64,000 nt of DNA from Cyanobacteriota bacterium (lineage in GTDB: Bacteria; Cyanobacteriota; Cyanobacteriia; Cyanobacteriales; Nostocaceae): the NCBI GenBank assembly GCA_046045965.1, contig JBJOKS010000020.1:1-64000 (forward strand). Direction: 5' to 3'. A program made the translations under genes and the position numbers. Below the pieces are notes generated by a model, which made no database searches, was not told the DNA's origin, and saw only the letters and a program-made list of their open reading frames with translations. Within the stretch, counting starts at the first letter, position 1; each line of letters starts with the position of its first letter. Below are positions 41,816-54,320 of the stretch, piece by piece.

Positions 41816-42700
41816 ATGACCATTACAAAAAGCCGCATACCCAGATTTTTAAACTTTGCTAAATCTAACCTATCCCAGCGATTTATGTTGATAGGTTTAG
41901 CAATGACTTTATTTTTTATCTTTTTAGCCTTCTTTGCACCAGTATTTCAATCTTGGGGATGGTTACAAAACCCCAAAGAATTTCTTTCTAACCCTATTCA
42001 TAATGCACCTTCCCTTAAACATTGGTTTGGTACAAGTCGCTTGGGTTATGATGTTTTTTCTAGGACGATTTTTGGCGCACAAGCAGCTTTACAAGTAGTT
42101 TTTTTAGCCACAGCATTGAGTATGATTGTGGGTGTACCGTTGGGGATGGTAAGTGGTTATTTAGGGGGAAAATTAGATAAAACTTTGCTATTTCTCATGG
42201 ATAGCATTTACACTTTACCAGGATTACTGCTATCTGTTACTTTGGCTTTTGTAGTAGGGAGAGGAATTTTAAATGCTGCGATCGCCATTAGTATAGCCTA
42301 CATTCCCCAATATTATCGCGTCGTGCGTAACCACACCGTCAGCGTCAAAACCGAAGTCTACATAGAAGCAGCACAAGCAATGGGTGCTTCTACATGGACT
42401 GTACTTTCCAAATATCTATTTTTCAATGTTATTCAAAGTGTCCCCGTCCTCTTTACCCTCAACGCCGCAGATGCCATATTAGTATTAGGTGGTTTAGGCT
42501 TTTTGGGTTTAGGACTACCAGAAGATGTACCCGAATGGGGATATGATTTAAAACAAGCTCTGGAAGCACTACCTACAGGAATATGGTGGACCACCCTTTT
42601 TCCCGGTTTAGCAATGACTATTATGGTAGTAGGGTTATCACTACTTGGTGAAGGGTTGAATGAATTTGTCAATCCTCGTTTGAGAAGAGAAAATAGATGA
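41816..42700 (+). CDS. ABC transporter permease, DppC/OppC-like
   Basis: HWFGT..G.DVFSR, EAAQAMGAS and PEWG motifs. Confidence 0.92.
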   Translation: MTITKSRIPRFLNFAKSNLSQRFMLIGLAMTLFFIFLAFFAPVFQSWGWLQNPKEFLSNPIHNAPSLKHWFGTSRLGYDVFSRTIFGAQAALQVVFLATALSMIVGVPLGMVSGYLGGKLDKTLLFLMDSIYTLPGLLLSVTLAFVVGRGILNAAIAISIAYIPQYYRVVRNHTVSVKTEVYIEAAQAMGASTWTVLSKYLFFNVIQSVPVLFTLNAADAILVLGGLGFLGLGLPEDVPEWGYDLKQALEALPTGIWWTTLFPGLAMTIMVVGLSLLGEGLNEFVNPRLRRENR

Positions 42701-42765
42701 TTGGTAATAGGTAATAGATAATTTGACTCCTGACTCCTGACAAACTAACAAATTGAGAGACTCTT

Positions 42766-42948
42766 GTGAACGATAAATTTACTTTAATTGCAGCTGCTAC
42801 AGGTGGGTTAATGCTTTCCGTTGCTTTATCTGGTATATTAAAAGGCGCACCTGTAACAAATTTACAGAATTTAAGCATGAGTGCAAATCAAATTACTCAT
42901 GTGCAGATAATTAGTAAAAAAATGAATGAGCAAAAAAATCAAAGTTAG
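42766..42948 (+). CDS. Small hypothetical membrane protein
   Basis: GTG start after GAGA; one hydrophobic helix. Confidence 0.5.
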   Translation: MNDKFTLIAAATGGLMLSVALSGILKGAPVTNLQNLSMSANQITHVQIISKKMNEQKNQS

Positions 42949-42990
42949 TTCGTAGTGAGGACTAAAGTCCTCATATTTCATATACAAACA

Positions 42991-45585
42991 TTATTTAATC
43001 ATCACATTTGCCACTTGTAGAATTTTATCAACATCCTGGATATTAATCAAAATATCTTCAGCAAACTCTTGAGGATAAATAAGATGATGTAAATACCAAC
43101 CAGGAAGAGTTTCACCAATTAAATAATAATAATCTAAATTAACTAAATTACTCACCCACCAATAACAATGATAAACATAATTCGGGGAAAACAACTCAAT
43201 TACTTTGGTTCCCGGTTGACAAAAGACTAAATTTGTTAAACCACTTCCATGAGGAGAAATAATAACTTCCGCTTGAGAAAATAATACAGCTTGTTCTGCA
43301 ACTGACAAAGATTCTAAAATCACAGATTCAAAACCATAAGATTGTAGTATATTTAAAATTGCATCTTCATTTAAAACTCTACGACTTTTAGCTAATTTAC
43401 GAGTAATATAAATCCTTTTTCGTTCCAAAACATGAACATCAATAGTTTTTAAAAACTGTTGTTGTAAAAATTCACAAGTCCATTTTGACATCCACGCAAC
43501 ACAACCAGGAAAAGAAGGAACAATTAACTCATTAGCTTGTAAATGTTGAACTTCACTAATATTAATTTGTTGATTTTCTGGTATTTGTAATTTCCTTAAA
43601 GTTTCTTTTTGAAAAGGTAATTTATTATCTACAACAAAATAATCAATATCTGAAAAATCCCAATTACTCAATCTTAATAATTCCCATCTAGGTAAAACAT
43701 CCAACATCCAATGAAAATAGATATGATTTGTTAAACCTGCTAAAACAGCAACCTTTCCGTTAATAAAGTTAATGGGAGGTAATTTAGAAGTTGATAAAAT
43801 AGGATGTTGACTAGGATGTTTATCAGGATGGTTAGGACTTAAAATAGGGAAATGTGGAGAAATATCAGCTACAAAATATGATTCATCTGTCATTATAGCA
43901 GACTGAGTTTGATCAGAACTTAACCAAAACCTCCCTTGGGGAATTTTCACCACATAAGATGCAGGTAATTTTACCACATTTCCAAATCTAAAACTAAAAT
44001 GTATATCGTTATTTAGAGATTTCGGATAAGTTAATTTTACATCAATTTCTGGGTAAATCTCCACATAATTATCTGTGGTTAATAAAGTATTATCTTCTAA
44101 CCATTGTTGACTTGTTTCATAAAAATCTCTGGGAGAGGATACAAGTTGAAATTGGGAAACATCAAAATTTTCAGCAGATACATTAGATATTAATTCATCT
44201 ACAAACGGTGTAATATAAGAATTAACTTCTATAGCTTTTTTGAAATAAAAGATAGATTCTTCAAACTGCTGATTATTAGCTAAAATAAATCCTAAATAAG
44301 CTAAAGTCAAAGGAGAATTAAATTCTAGATTTAATTGTTGTTTTAATATATTAATTGCTTCCTGTAAATTACCCGTTTTAAATAATGCTATACCCAAAAA
44401 ATAATAAGCTTCAGTTAAATTAGCATTAATCTCAATAGACTTTCTTAAATAAACAATTGCTTTTTGAGAATCTTCTAATTTTAACCAGCATCTACCAAGA
44501 TTAAAATAAATTAGTTCATTTTGTTCATGGTTGTAAATATCAACAAGCTTTTCTAAAACATTAATTGCTTCTTGATATTTATTTTGATTGAAAAATAAAG
44601 TGCTTAATTCCAAACACGCAAGTAAATTATTTGGTTCATTTTCTAATATTTTCTGAAGTAACTGCAAAGAAATATCAGGGTAAACATTTAAAATAAGTTT
44701 ATGGAGTAACAAATATATTTCATTTATTTTAAATATTCTATCATTAGCAAAATTAAGAGACTTAATAAATTCGATTCCATCAGAAATAGTATTTTTTAAA
44801 CAGACGCTTGAACTTTGAGAAAGTTTGATTAAAGCTTCACCAAAATCTGGTTTAATATTAATAGCTTGTTGCAGATAAATAACACCTTCTTCAAAATTGC
44901 CTTGATGCAATAAAACTAAAGCCAAATCACTAAAAGCAGGTGCATAATCATTTTGTATTTCAATAGTATTCAAAAAACAATCTTTGGCTAAATCCCATCG
45001 TCCAGTCTGAGAATAACACAATCCTAATTGATAATAAATTAAATAATCTTCCTGTAAAGAAATAGCATTTTGATAACTTTCTATAGCTGAATCAAATTGT
45101 TCTAACTTTTGCCATACATAAGCTTGTTGAAGATGTGCTTCTAAATAGTCTGGTTGAATTTGCACAACAGTTTCCCAATAGGAAATAGCTGCTTCTAAAT
45201 TACCTTGAATTGCTACCGCATGACCCAAATTATAATATAGTTCAGCTTGATGATCATCCCACTCTAAAATAGACGCATAAATTTTTTGAGCTAGTTCATA
45301 TTTTCCCATATTTAAATATTCTTGACCTTGACTTTTCAGAAAATCAATAAATTCCCTTAAGGCTTGATTTTCATCATCAAAATCTGTATTTGCAAAGCTT
45401 AAAAACCAAATCTCATGACATTTTTCTTCATCTCCTTGCAAAAGCCAACCTAAACCCAAATACCAAAATAAAGTAATATCATCAGCTACTAAATCAAGAC
45501 ATTGTTCATAAATACTAATAGCCGTGGTAAAATCATCTTGTCGTAAACAAATATCAGCCTGATTTTTAAGTTGATAAATATCCAT
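42991..45585 (-). CDS. TPR protein with C-terminal GT61 (DUF563) glycosyltransferase domain
   Basis: Many TPRs; YFHW..D.LPR, IYITR..A..RR..NE and PHGSGLTN..F motifs. Confidence 0.9.
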   Translation of the reverse strand: MDIYQLKNQADICLRQDDFTTAISIYEQCLDLVADDITLFWYLGLGWLLQGDEEKCHEIWFLSFANTDFDDENQALREFIDFLKSQGQEYLNMGKYELAQKIYASILEWDDHQAELYYNLGHAVAIQGNLEAAISYWETVVQIQPDYLEAHLQQAYVWQKLEQFDSAIESYQNAISLQEDYLIYYQLGLCYSQTGRWDLAKDCFLNTIEIQNDYAPAFSDLALVLLHQGNFEEGVIYLQQAINIKPDFGEALIKLSQSSSVCLKNTISDGIEFIKSLNFANDRIFKINEIYLLLHKLILNVYPDISLQLLQKILENEPNNLLACLELSTLFFNQNKYQEAINVLEKLVDIYNHEQNELIYFNLGRCWLKLEDSQKAIVYLRKSIEINANLTEAYYFLGIALFKTGNLQEAINILKQQLNLEFNSPLTLAYLGFILANNQQFEESIFYFKKAIEVNSYITPFVDELISNVSAENFDVSQFQLVSSPRDFYETSQQWLEDNTLLTTDNYVEIYPEIDVKLTYPKSLNNDIHFSFRFGNVVKLPASYVVKIPQGRFWLSSDQTQSAIMTDESYFVADISPHFPILSPNHPDKHPSQHPILSTSKLPPINFINGKVAVLAGLTNHIYFHWMLDVLPRWELLRLSNWDFSDIDYFVVDNKLPFQKETLRKLQIPENQQINISEVQHLQANELIVPSFPGCVAWMSKWTCEFLQQQFLKTIDVHVLERKRIYITRKLAKSRRVLNEDAILNILQSYGFESVILESLSVAEQAVLFSQAEVIISPHGSGLTNLVFCQPGTKVIELFSPNYVYHCYWWVSNLVNLDYYYLIGETLPGWYLHHLIYPQEFAEDILINIQDVDKILQVANVMIK

Positions 45586-45787
45586 AAGAGTAAATACTTA
45601 ATAAATTCTTTCCTTGATTTTATACCAAAAATATGTGAAGCTACACAGAATCATGAAATCCATTAAATTATCCGTCCTTATCGGCGTTTATCTGCGTTTA
45701 TCTGCGTTCAAATATTCATAACGTAAAATTGGTATACTTTCTAGAAATTTGTAATTTGATATAAAATCAAGATTGAGGAGTTAAACT

Positions 45788-46675
45788 GTGCAGCAAGTAA
45801 TAGGTATTGATTTAGGAGGAACAGCGATTAAGCTAGGACGTTTCACAGAGGATGGTAAATGTTTACAATCATTAACTGTGGATACTCCCCAACCAGCAAC
45901 ACCAGAAGCTGTATTATTAAAGATGGTGGATGCCATAACTCAAATAGACCCAGATCATCAAAGTATAGCTATAGGTGTGGGAACTCCTGGACCTGCTGAC
46001 GCTGCGGGAAGAGTTGCCAAAGTGGCCATAAATCTGGCAGGATGGCATGATGTACCCTTAGCAGACTGGTTAGAAGCTAAAACAGGTAAACCAACCATTC
46101 TCGCTAATGATGCTAACTGTGCAGGTTTAGGAGAAGCTTGGTTAGGTGCTGGCCGCAATTTTCAACATTTGATTTTGCTAACTTTAGGAACTGGTGTTGG
46201 TGGTGCAGTTATCTTGGATGGTAAATTATTTGTTGGTCATCAAGGTGCAGGAGCAGAATTAGGTTTAATTACTTTAAATCCAGATGGTCCAATGTGTAAT
46301 AGTGGTAATCAAGGTTCTTTAGAACAGTATACTTGTATATCAGCTATTCGTCGTCGCACAGGCAAAGAACCAGCAGAATTAGGCGCACTTGCCCAAAAAG
46401 GCGATCCTGAAGCCTTGACATTTTGGCAAGAGTATGGTAAAGACTTGGGAATTGGTTTAACGAGTTTAATATATGTTCTCACACCCCAAGGGATTATTAT
46501 TGGTGGTGGTGTCAGTGCTAGTTTTGAATATTTTTTACCAGCAATGCAAGCTGAAATAGAAAAGCGGGTTTTACCAACATCCCGTGTAGGTTTACAGATA
46601 CTACCAGCAGAACTGGGTAACTCAGCGGGAATGGTAGGTGCTGCTAAACTAGCATGGGGTATAGGTGACAGGTGA
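45788..46675 (+). CDS. ROK family sugar kinase (glucokinase-like)
   Basis: GIDLGGT, NDAN, GTGVGG and C.SG..G.LE motifs. Confidence 0.92.
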   Translation: MQQVIGIDLGGTAIKLGRFTEDGKCLQSLTVDTPQPATPEAVLLKMVDAITQIDPDHQSIAIGVGTPGPADAAGRVAKVAINLAGWHDVPLADWLEAKTGKPTILANDANCAGLGEAWLGAGRNFQHLILLTLGTGVGGAVILDGKLFVGHQGAGAELGLITLNPDGPMCNSGNQGSLEQYTCISAIRRRTGKEPAELGALAQKGDPEALTFWQEYGKDLGIGLTSLIYVLTPQGIIIGGGVSASFEYFLPAMQAEIEKRVLPTSRVGLQILPAELGNSAGMVGAAKLAWGIGDR

Positions 46676-46709
46676 GTGGGAAGATGAATAACCTAATTAG
46701 CTATGAGAC

Positions 46710-47141
46710 TTATTCCCTATTTTCCAGATCAAATCCTGTGTGTGTTTCTAGGTAGCTTACCACCTTTTGGTAGGATTCGGGACTGCTGGTAGGGTTAATA
46801 ATGATGGGGTAATTAATATCTGGTAACCAAAAAGTTAATCTACCATTTTGTTCATGACAGAAAGAACTAATACAGTGGAGATTGATTAAATATTCTTTTC
46901 TATCATAGGTTATTTTTACCCAATAAGCATTTTCTAATTCTAGCCCTTGGACATACTCTACATATTCAGAAATTTTCTGATAATCTTCCTCATTACTGTG
47001 AGGGTTAATGACAATGGGTATAGAACTATTAGGCAACCAAAAGGTAATTCTACCATTTTTTTCATAGCAAAATGTATTGACTCGTTCCAAATTAATTACA
47101 TATTCCTTCCTCTGATCCTGTATTTTTACCCAGTAAGCCAC
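46710..47141 (-). CDS. Hypothetical protein made of two tandem domains of about 65 aa
   Basis: AYWVKI...RKEY.INL...FC.E.NGR.TFWLP...PI.INP occurs twice. Confidence 0.8.
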   Translation of the reverse strand: MAYWVKIQDQRKEYVINLERVNTFCYEKNGRITFWLPNSSIPIVINPHSNEEDYQKISEYVEYVQGLELENAYWVKITYDRKEYLINLHCISSFCHEQNGRLTFWLPDINYPIIINPTSSPESYQKVVSYLETHTGFDLENRE

Positions 47142-47283
47142 AAAATTGCCTCAACACTCCTACGGCAATTTTACCTTATAGGTAATAGGGAACAGGTAAT
47201 AGGTAATAGGTTATTCATCTTCCCAGTCACCAGTCACCAGTCCCCAGTAAAGAGTCCCCAGTAAAGAGTCCCCAGTCCCCAAA

Positions 47284-48945
<1,662 letters not shown>

Positions 48946-49069
48946 CTAAAAATACATCCCATCTCTTGCAGGATAAAGCATCAGCATTCAGCTATCAGCG
49001 TTCAGAATTCAGTTTTTTAACTGTTACACCAAAGATCACTCACTATTCAATCATCTACCGATTTATCAA

Positions 49070-49160
49070 ACATTCTGACTCCTGAACGGCAGTTACTTTA
49101 TGCCGGGGAACCCGTCCACCGCACTGCCTCCTTCTGACTCCTGACTCCTGACTCCTGAAT
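49070..49160. repeat. (CTGACTC)n STRR interrupted by a small dispersed-repeat hairpin element of about 42 nt
   Basis: GGCAGT...CGGGGAACCCG...ACTGCC sits between CTCCTGA heptamers. Confidence 0.7.
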
Positions 49161-49242
49161 TCTTGCTTTTCATGCTTCATTCTTTATCCTGATATTGCCC
49201 ATTGTCTCACAGTTACTATCCTGAAATCTTCTGTGTTTTACC

Positions 49243-50685
49243 GTGAAAAAAGTCTTAGGATTAGTAGTATTTAGTTTTCTGTTTACCTCCTCCGTTGCTT
49301 TGGCACAAACATCTCTCCTAGTAGTTTTTCCCCCAACCAACTACCAAACCAGTACAGAAAAAATATTTTTTATCGGTACAACACCACAGGATGGACAAGT
49401 TTTCATCAATGGTAGACCAATTACCTGCAACCAGGCTGGACATTTTTCTCCCAGTCTCCCTTTACAGTTAGGGGAAAAAGTGTTTAAGGTAAGTTACCAA
49501 AATCAGGAACGAGAGATTAAGCTAACAAGGCTGTCTACTCTACCAGAATTACCGCCAGGTTTAGGCTTTACCAAAGATGCTCTAACTCCTGCTGTCGATA
49601 TTGCTAGATTACCGGGAGAAGTGATTTGTTTTGGTGCAATTGCACCTCCTCAAGCGAGTGTCTCTGTCAAGTTGGCTAATCAAATTATTCCCTTGTCACC
49701 ACAACCTTCACAGGCGCAATTACCTGCTAATTCAAGTGTACTAACGGGAAAAAATCAGCCTACTACTTCTAGTCCTAACAAATATCAAGGCTGTACAACA
49801 GTGGCCAAAGTTGCCGATTTAGGACAACCTCTATTTAGTTTGACATTGAATGGTAATACTGCTACTCAACTAGGTCCAGGCAAAATCTCAATTTTGACAC
49901 CTACACAACTGCCAGTTACTGAGGTAATAGCCGCATCAGGTGTGGTTCGTACTGGTCTGAGTACCGATTATTCTCGACTGGATTGGCAACAGGTGACTCC
50001 ACAACAGGTCAAATACACCTTTAACCTCAAAAACCTCCAACAATGGGGGTATAAGCTGAAATACGACCATACAACCCTGGTATTGAGTTTGCGTCATGCG
50101 CCGAATATTCACACCAGAAAACTCCTGCCTTTATCTGGCATCAAAATTGTACTTGATCCAGGACACGGTGGTAAAGAATCTGGTTCAAGTGGACTGAAGG
50201 GGTATTTAGCAAAAGATGTAAATTTGGTGTTATCGAAGTTATTGCGGGATGAATTGGTGCTGCGTGGTGCAACAGTGGTGATGACAAGGGAAGATGATCG
50301 AGATGTTTCTTTGGTGGAACGTCAGGAGATCATTAGTCAAGAACAACCTGCTATTTCTCTTTCTATCCATTACAATTTTTTACCTGATGATAGTAAAGTA
50401 GAAAAAACTAGGGGGTTGGTGAGTTTTTGGTTTCATCCCCAAGCACACAGCCTCGCAGTATTTTTACATAATTACGTGGTTAAGAAACGTCTTGAACCTT
50501 CCTATGGCGTGTTTTGGAATAATTTAGCCCTGACTCGTCCCTCTGCTGCACCTGCGGTTTTATTAGAGTTTCGTTTGATGAGTAATGCTGATGAGTTTGA
50601 GGAGATAGTCAACTCTCAACAACAGAGGAAAATTGCAAAGACGTTAGCTGATGGGGTGACAGAATGGTTTAAGATGACAAAATAG
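49243..50685 (+). CDS. N-acetylmuramoyl-L-alanine amidase paralog, internally deleted and probably catalytically impaired
   Basis: DPGHGG present; YLAKD instead of YPEKD; 103 aa shorter than the neighbouring copy. Confidence 0.8.
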   Translation: MKKVLGLVVFSFLFTSSVALAQTSLLVVFPPTNYQTSTEKIFFIGTTPQDGQVFINGRPITCNQAGHFSPSLPLQLGEKVFKVSYQNQEREIKLTRLSTLPELPPGLGFTKDALTPAVDIARLPGEVICFGAIAPPQASVSVKLANQIIPLSPQPSQAQLPANSSVLTGKNQPTTSSPNKYQGCTTVAKVADLGQPLFSLTLNGNTATQLGPGKISILTPTQLPVTEVIAASGVVRTGLSTDYSRLDWQQVTPQQVKYTFNLKNLQQWGYKLKYDHTTLVLSLRHAPNIHTRKLLPLSGIKIVLDPGHGGKESGSSGLKGYLAKDVNLVLSKLLRDELVLRGATVVMTREDDRDVSLVERQEIISQEQPAISLSIHYNFLPDDSKVEKTRGLVSFWFHPQAHSLAVFLHNYVVKKRLEPSYGVFWNNLALTRPSAAPAVLLEFRLMSNADEFEEIVNSQQQRKIAKTLADGVTEWFKMTK

Positions 50686-50836
50686 AATATTGGTTATTTG
50701 ACAACTTTCTGTCTAAGGGATTTCTAAGAAATAAATTATCTAGATTAACGAACCGCAGAGGCGCAGAGGACACAGAGAAGACAAGAATTGTTAACTGAAC
50801 TGTATTGACTATTATTAAATTTTTTGTATTTTTATC

Positions 50837-52588
50837 GTGAAAAAACTTTTAGGATTAGCAATATTTAGCTCTATTTTCACTTCTTCCCTGGCTTTGGCAC
50901 AACCACAACCATCGCTTTTAGTGGTTTATCCTCCAGCAAATCACAAAACCAGTACGGAAAAAATCTTTTTTATCGGTACTGCACCAGCAGATGGACAGGT
51001 TCTCATTAATGGTAGACAAATTAACCGCAGTCAGTCTGGTCATTTTGCGCCTAGTTTTCCCTTACAATTAGGTGAGAATGTATTTAAGGTACGTTACCAA
51101 AATCAGGAACGGGAGATTAAGGTAACAAGGCTTTCTACTCAACCAGAATTACCACAAGGTTTAGGTTTTGCTAAAGATTCTCTAACTCCTGCTGTGGATA
51201 TTGCTAGACTACCAGGTGAACTAATTTGTTTTGGTGCGATCGCACGTCCACAAGCTAATGTTTCTGTTAAACTGGGCGATCAAATTGTTAATCTTTCACC
51301 TCAACCTGCAAAAGCAGAATTACCTGCTAATTCTAGTATTTTAACTGGGCGTAATCAGGCTACTATTTCTAATATTACCAAATACCAAGGTTGTACAACT
51401 ATTGCCAATCCTGGGGATGTGGGACAACCTCTATTTAGTTTGACATTAAATGGTCAGACGATGACAGAAACTGGTAAGGGTAAAGTAGAAATTATTGCAC
51501 CTGCACAGTTACCAGTTATAGAAGTAACAGCCGCATCAGGGGTTGCACGCACGGGTTCTAGTACCGATCATTCCCGACTGACACCATTACCAAAAGGAAC
51601 AAGGGCAAGCGTTACAGGTAAAGATGGTGATTGGTTACGGTTAGATTATGGGGCTTGGATTAATAGTAAAGAAACTAAAATTATACCAGGTGCAGTTCCA
51701 CCACAAACTGTAATTCGCAGTGTGGGATATCGTCAACTAACTGGAGTCACAGAGATACGTTTTCCCTTGCAAATGCCTGTACCTGTGACTGTGGAACAGA
51801 GCGATCGCAATTTTACTCTCACTCTCCATAATACCACTGCTCAAACTGATACCATTCGTCTAGATGATGACCCCCTCATTTCTCGCCTAGATTGGCAACA
51901 GGTGACTCCTCAACAGGTGAAATACTCCTTTAACCTCAAAAAGCTCCAACAGTGGGGGTATAACCTGAAATACGACAATACAACCCTGGTCTTGAGTTTG
52001 CGTCATGCACCGAATATTCAGAATAGAAAACCCTTATCTGGTATCAAGATTTTACTTGATCCGGGTCATGGTGGTAAAGAATCTGGTGCAATTGGTCCTA
52101 CAGGGTATCCAGAAAAAGATGCGAACTTGGTGGTTTCTAAATTACTGCAAGATGAGTTGATCAAACGTGGTGCAAAAGTGGTGATGACAAGGGAAGATGA
52201 TCGAGATGTGTCTTTAGTGGAACGTCAGGAGATCATTAGTAAAGAACAACCTGCGATCGCTCTTTCTATCCATTACAATGCTTTACCTGATAATGGTGAT
52301 GCGGAAAAAACAAAAGGTTTCGGTAGTTTTTGGTATCACACTCAATCACATAATCCCGCAGTATTTTTACATAATTACGTAGTTAAGAAACTGCGTAAAC
52401 CTTCTTATGGCGTGTTTTGGAATAATTTAGCTTTAACTCGTCCCTCTGTTGCACCTGCGGTATTATTGGAATTGGGTTTTATGAGTAACCCTGATGAGTT
52501 TGAAGAGATAGTTAACCCCCAAGAACAGAAGAAGATGGCTAAAACTTTGGCTGATGGGGTAACGGAGTGGTTTAAAATGACGAAATAG
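50837..52588 (+). CDS. N-acetylmuramoyl-L-alanine amidase (Amidase_3) with signal peptide and SH3-like domain
   Basis: DPGHGG, EKD.NL, SIHYNA and LLELGFMSN motifs; GDWLRLDYG SH3-like segment. Confidence 0.93.
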   Translation: MKKLLGLAIFSSIFTSSLALAQPQPSLLVVYPPANHKTSTEKIFFIGTAPADGQVLINGRQINRSQSGHFAPSFPLQLGENVFKVRYQNQEREIKVTRLSTQPELPQGLGFAKDSLTPAVDIARLPGELICFGAIARPQANVSVKLGDQIVNLSPQPAKAELPANSSILTGRNQATISNITKYQGCTTIANPGDVGQPLFSLTLNGQTMTETGKGKVEIIAPAQLPVIEVTAASGVARTGSSTDHSRLTPLPKGTRASVTGKDGDWLRLDYGAWINSKETKIIPGAVPPQTVIRSVGYRQLTGVTEIRFPLQMPVPVTVEQSDRNFTLTLHNTTAQTDTIRLDDDPLISRLDWQQVTPQQVKYSFNLKKLQQWGYNLKYDNTTLVLSLRHAPNIQNRKPLSGIKILLDPGHGGKESGAIGPTGYPEKDANLVVSKLLQDELIKRGAKVVMTREDDRDVSLVERQEIISKEQPAIALSIHYNALPDNGDAEKTKGFGSFWYHTQSHNPAVFLHNYVVKKLRKPSYGVFWNNLALTRPSVAPAVLLELGFMSNPDEFEEIVNPQEQKKMAKTLADGVTEWFKMTK

Positions 52589-52770
52589 GATATTTGATGA
52601 TGACTATTTTTTGTCATAATCAGGATTTACAGGATTTTTGTAATCCTCAAATGTCCAATTTTTTTATGTTGATTTAGTTGAGACTGGTAATGGGTAATTG
52701 CTGATGAAATTCCTGTTCTCATCCTGTTCATCCTTTAATCTTGGACATCCTGATTCTGACAGTTCCTTAA

Positions 52771-53268
52771 TTATCTACGAAAATGCAAAATTGGCATAGT
52801 AAATAAACCCCAAGCCAAACCCGTAATCAAACCAAAAGGTGTAACAATGTAATTGTGAAAATCCCACAAACCAAAAACTTGCGCTGCTAATTCCAACGGA
52901 TAAGCCATCATTAAAACACTAGCAAAAGCCGCACCAATCCAACCATATTGACTTAACCAAAAAGCACCTTTACCACCAGTCACCCCATAGAAAATCCGAG
53001 TTATCAACAAACCTGTCACCGTACCATAACAGCGCATACATACTGCCATAATAAAAGGTGGAGATAACTCCAAACCCATAGTAGGCTGCGGACATACATG
53101 ATTACCCATAAAGTAAATGATGTCCGCAATACCCGGAAGCAAAAACACACCAGACGCAGCAAGAAAAGGAGCAATAGGGGGACCAAAAACCATCCCAGCT
53201 AACAGGAAATCAGCAAAAAAACTCACCCAATTAACCTGTAACCCTCTTGACAAAATCATCCTTTGCAT
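52771..53268 (-). CDS. DUF2085 family membrane protein
   Basis: VCPQ and VCMRCYG motifs with TM helices. Confidence 0.8.
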   Translation of the reverse strand: MQRMILSRGLQVNWVSFFADFLLAGMVFGPPIAPFLAASGVFLLPGIADIIYFMGNHVCPQPTMGLELSPPFIMAVCMRCYGTVTGLLITRIFYGVTGGKGAFWLSQYGWIGAAFASVLMMAYPLELAAQVFGLWDFHNYIVTPFGLITGLAWGLFTMPILHFRR

Positions 53269-53294
53269 CTTCTTACCTTTGCACGAAATATTTC

Positions 53295-54071
53295 TTAATC
53301 TATTGTATCTGGATCTATTCCCATTTCTCGTAATCGTGCTGCTAATTGTGCTGCTTTGCGTTCTGCTTGTTCAGCCCTTAATCTTTGTAATTGGGCTTCT
53401 TCTTTACCGAATAATAATAAATTACCATCTAAATTCCACCAGCGTAGCCAAAGTTGTTCAGGATTATTTAAATAACTTCCTTGCCATAAACCTAATTCTA
53501 CGCCTAAAGGGGGAATGGGATAATGTCCGCGTTCGTTAGGCTGCATTTTTTGGTAAGAAAAATCTACCAAATGATAAACTTCTAATTTATCATTATTCAC
53601 TTCATAAATGGCATAATAGGGAATACGAATAATGCGTTCATATACCCAAAATTTACCAGGTTTTTCACCTTCCTGTAAACCCGCTAGAGGAGTTGTATCT
53701 CGTTCTTCGTGACCATTACCACTAGCTAATTCTATGGCAATTAATGGGGGTATATATTCCCGCCATAATACATAAGAACGGCGAATTTTACCATCTAATC
53801 TTGGTGCTACATCAGGGACATAAAACCAATCTGGTGCGACTGTACCTTTTTCTGGTGGTTCTGTTTCGCGCCAATAAATCCCGCAATCTTGACCTATACA
53901 AAATTGTCCATCTGGATGTAACTTTTGTAAAGTTTGAATAATTGAATCTGTAATAATAATGCTTTGGGGATGTTCTTGAAAGTTTTTCACGAAAGTACCA
54001 TCAGACTCTGGGAGTTGAGTATGATCAGGAAACTGTGGAGGTATGGAAATATCAGCCAGGGTTTCACTCAT
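53295..54071 (-). CDS. Uma2 family (PDDEXK) putative endonuclease
   Basis: LPESDG, APDWF, IELAS, K..VYE and LRWW motifs. Confidence 0.92.
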   Translation of the reverse strand: MSETLADISIPPQFPDHTQLPESDGTFVKNFQEHPQSIIITDSIIQTLQKLHPDGQFCIGQDCGIYWRETEPPEKGTVAPDWFYVPDVAPRLDGKIRRSYVLWREYIPPLIAIELASGNGHEERDTTPLAGLQEGEKPGKFWVYERIIRIPYYAIYEVNNDKLEVYHLVDFSYQKMQPNERGHYPIPPLGVELGLWQGSYLNNPEQLWLRWWNLDGNLLLFGKEEAQLQRLRAEQAERKAAQLAARLREMGIDPDTID

Positions 54072-54320
54072 ACTGTTTATAAGGATTGTAGTTGTTAGGC
54101 TAATTTTATAAATTATATCAGGGAACAGGTTTGAACGTCCTGAGCATTGTCAATCAATCAAAAATCATAAATAAATATGTCTACTTTATGAGATGGTCAA
54201 TAAATAGTTGATATTCTCATTACGCAATTTTTAACTATCAAGGCTGAATTTAAGTGAATTTGACGTTATAAACCATGTTAAATTATGATTGTCTTAATAA
54301 TCACATAGTCTAAATCTTAT

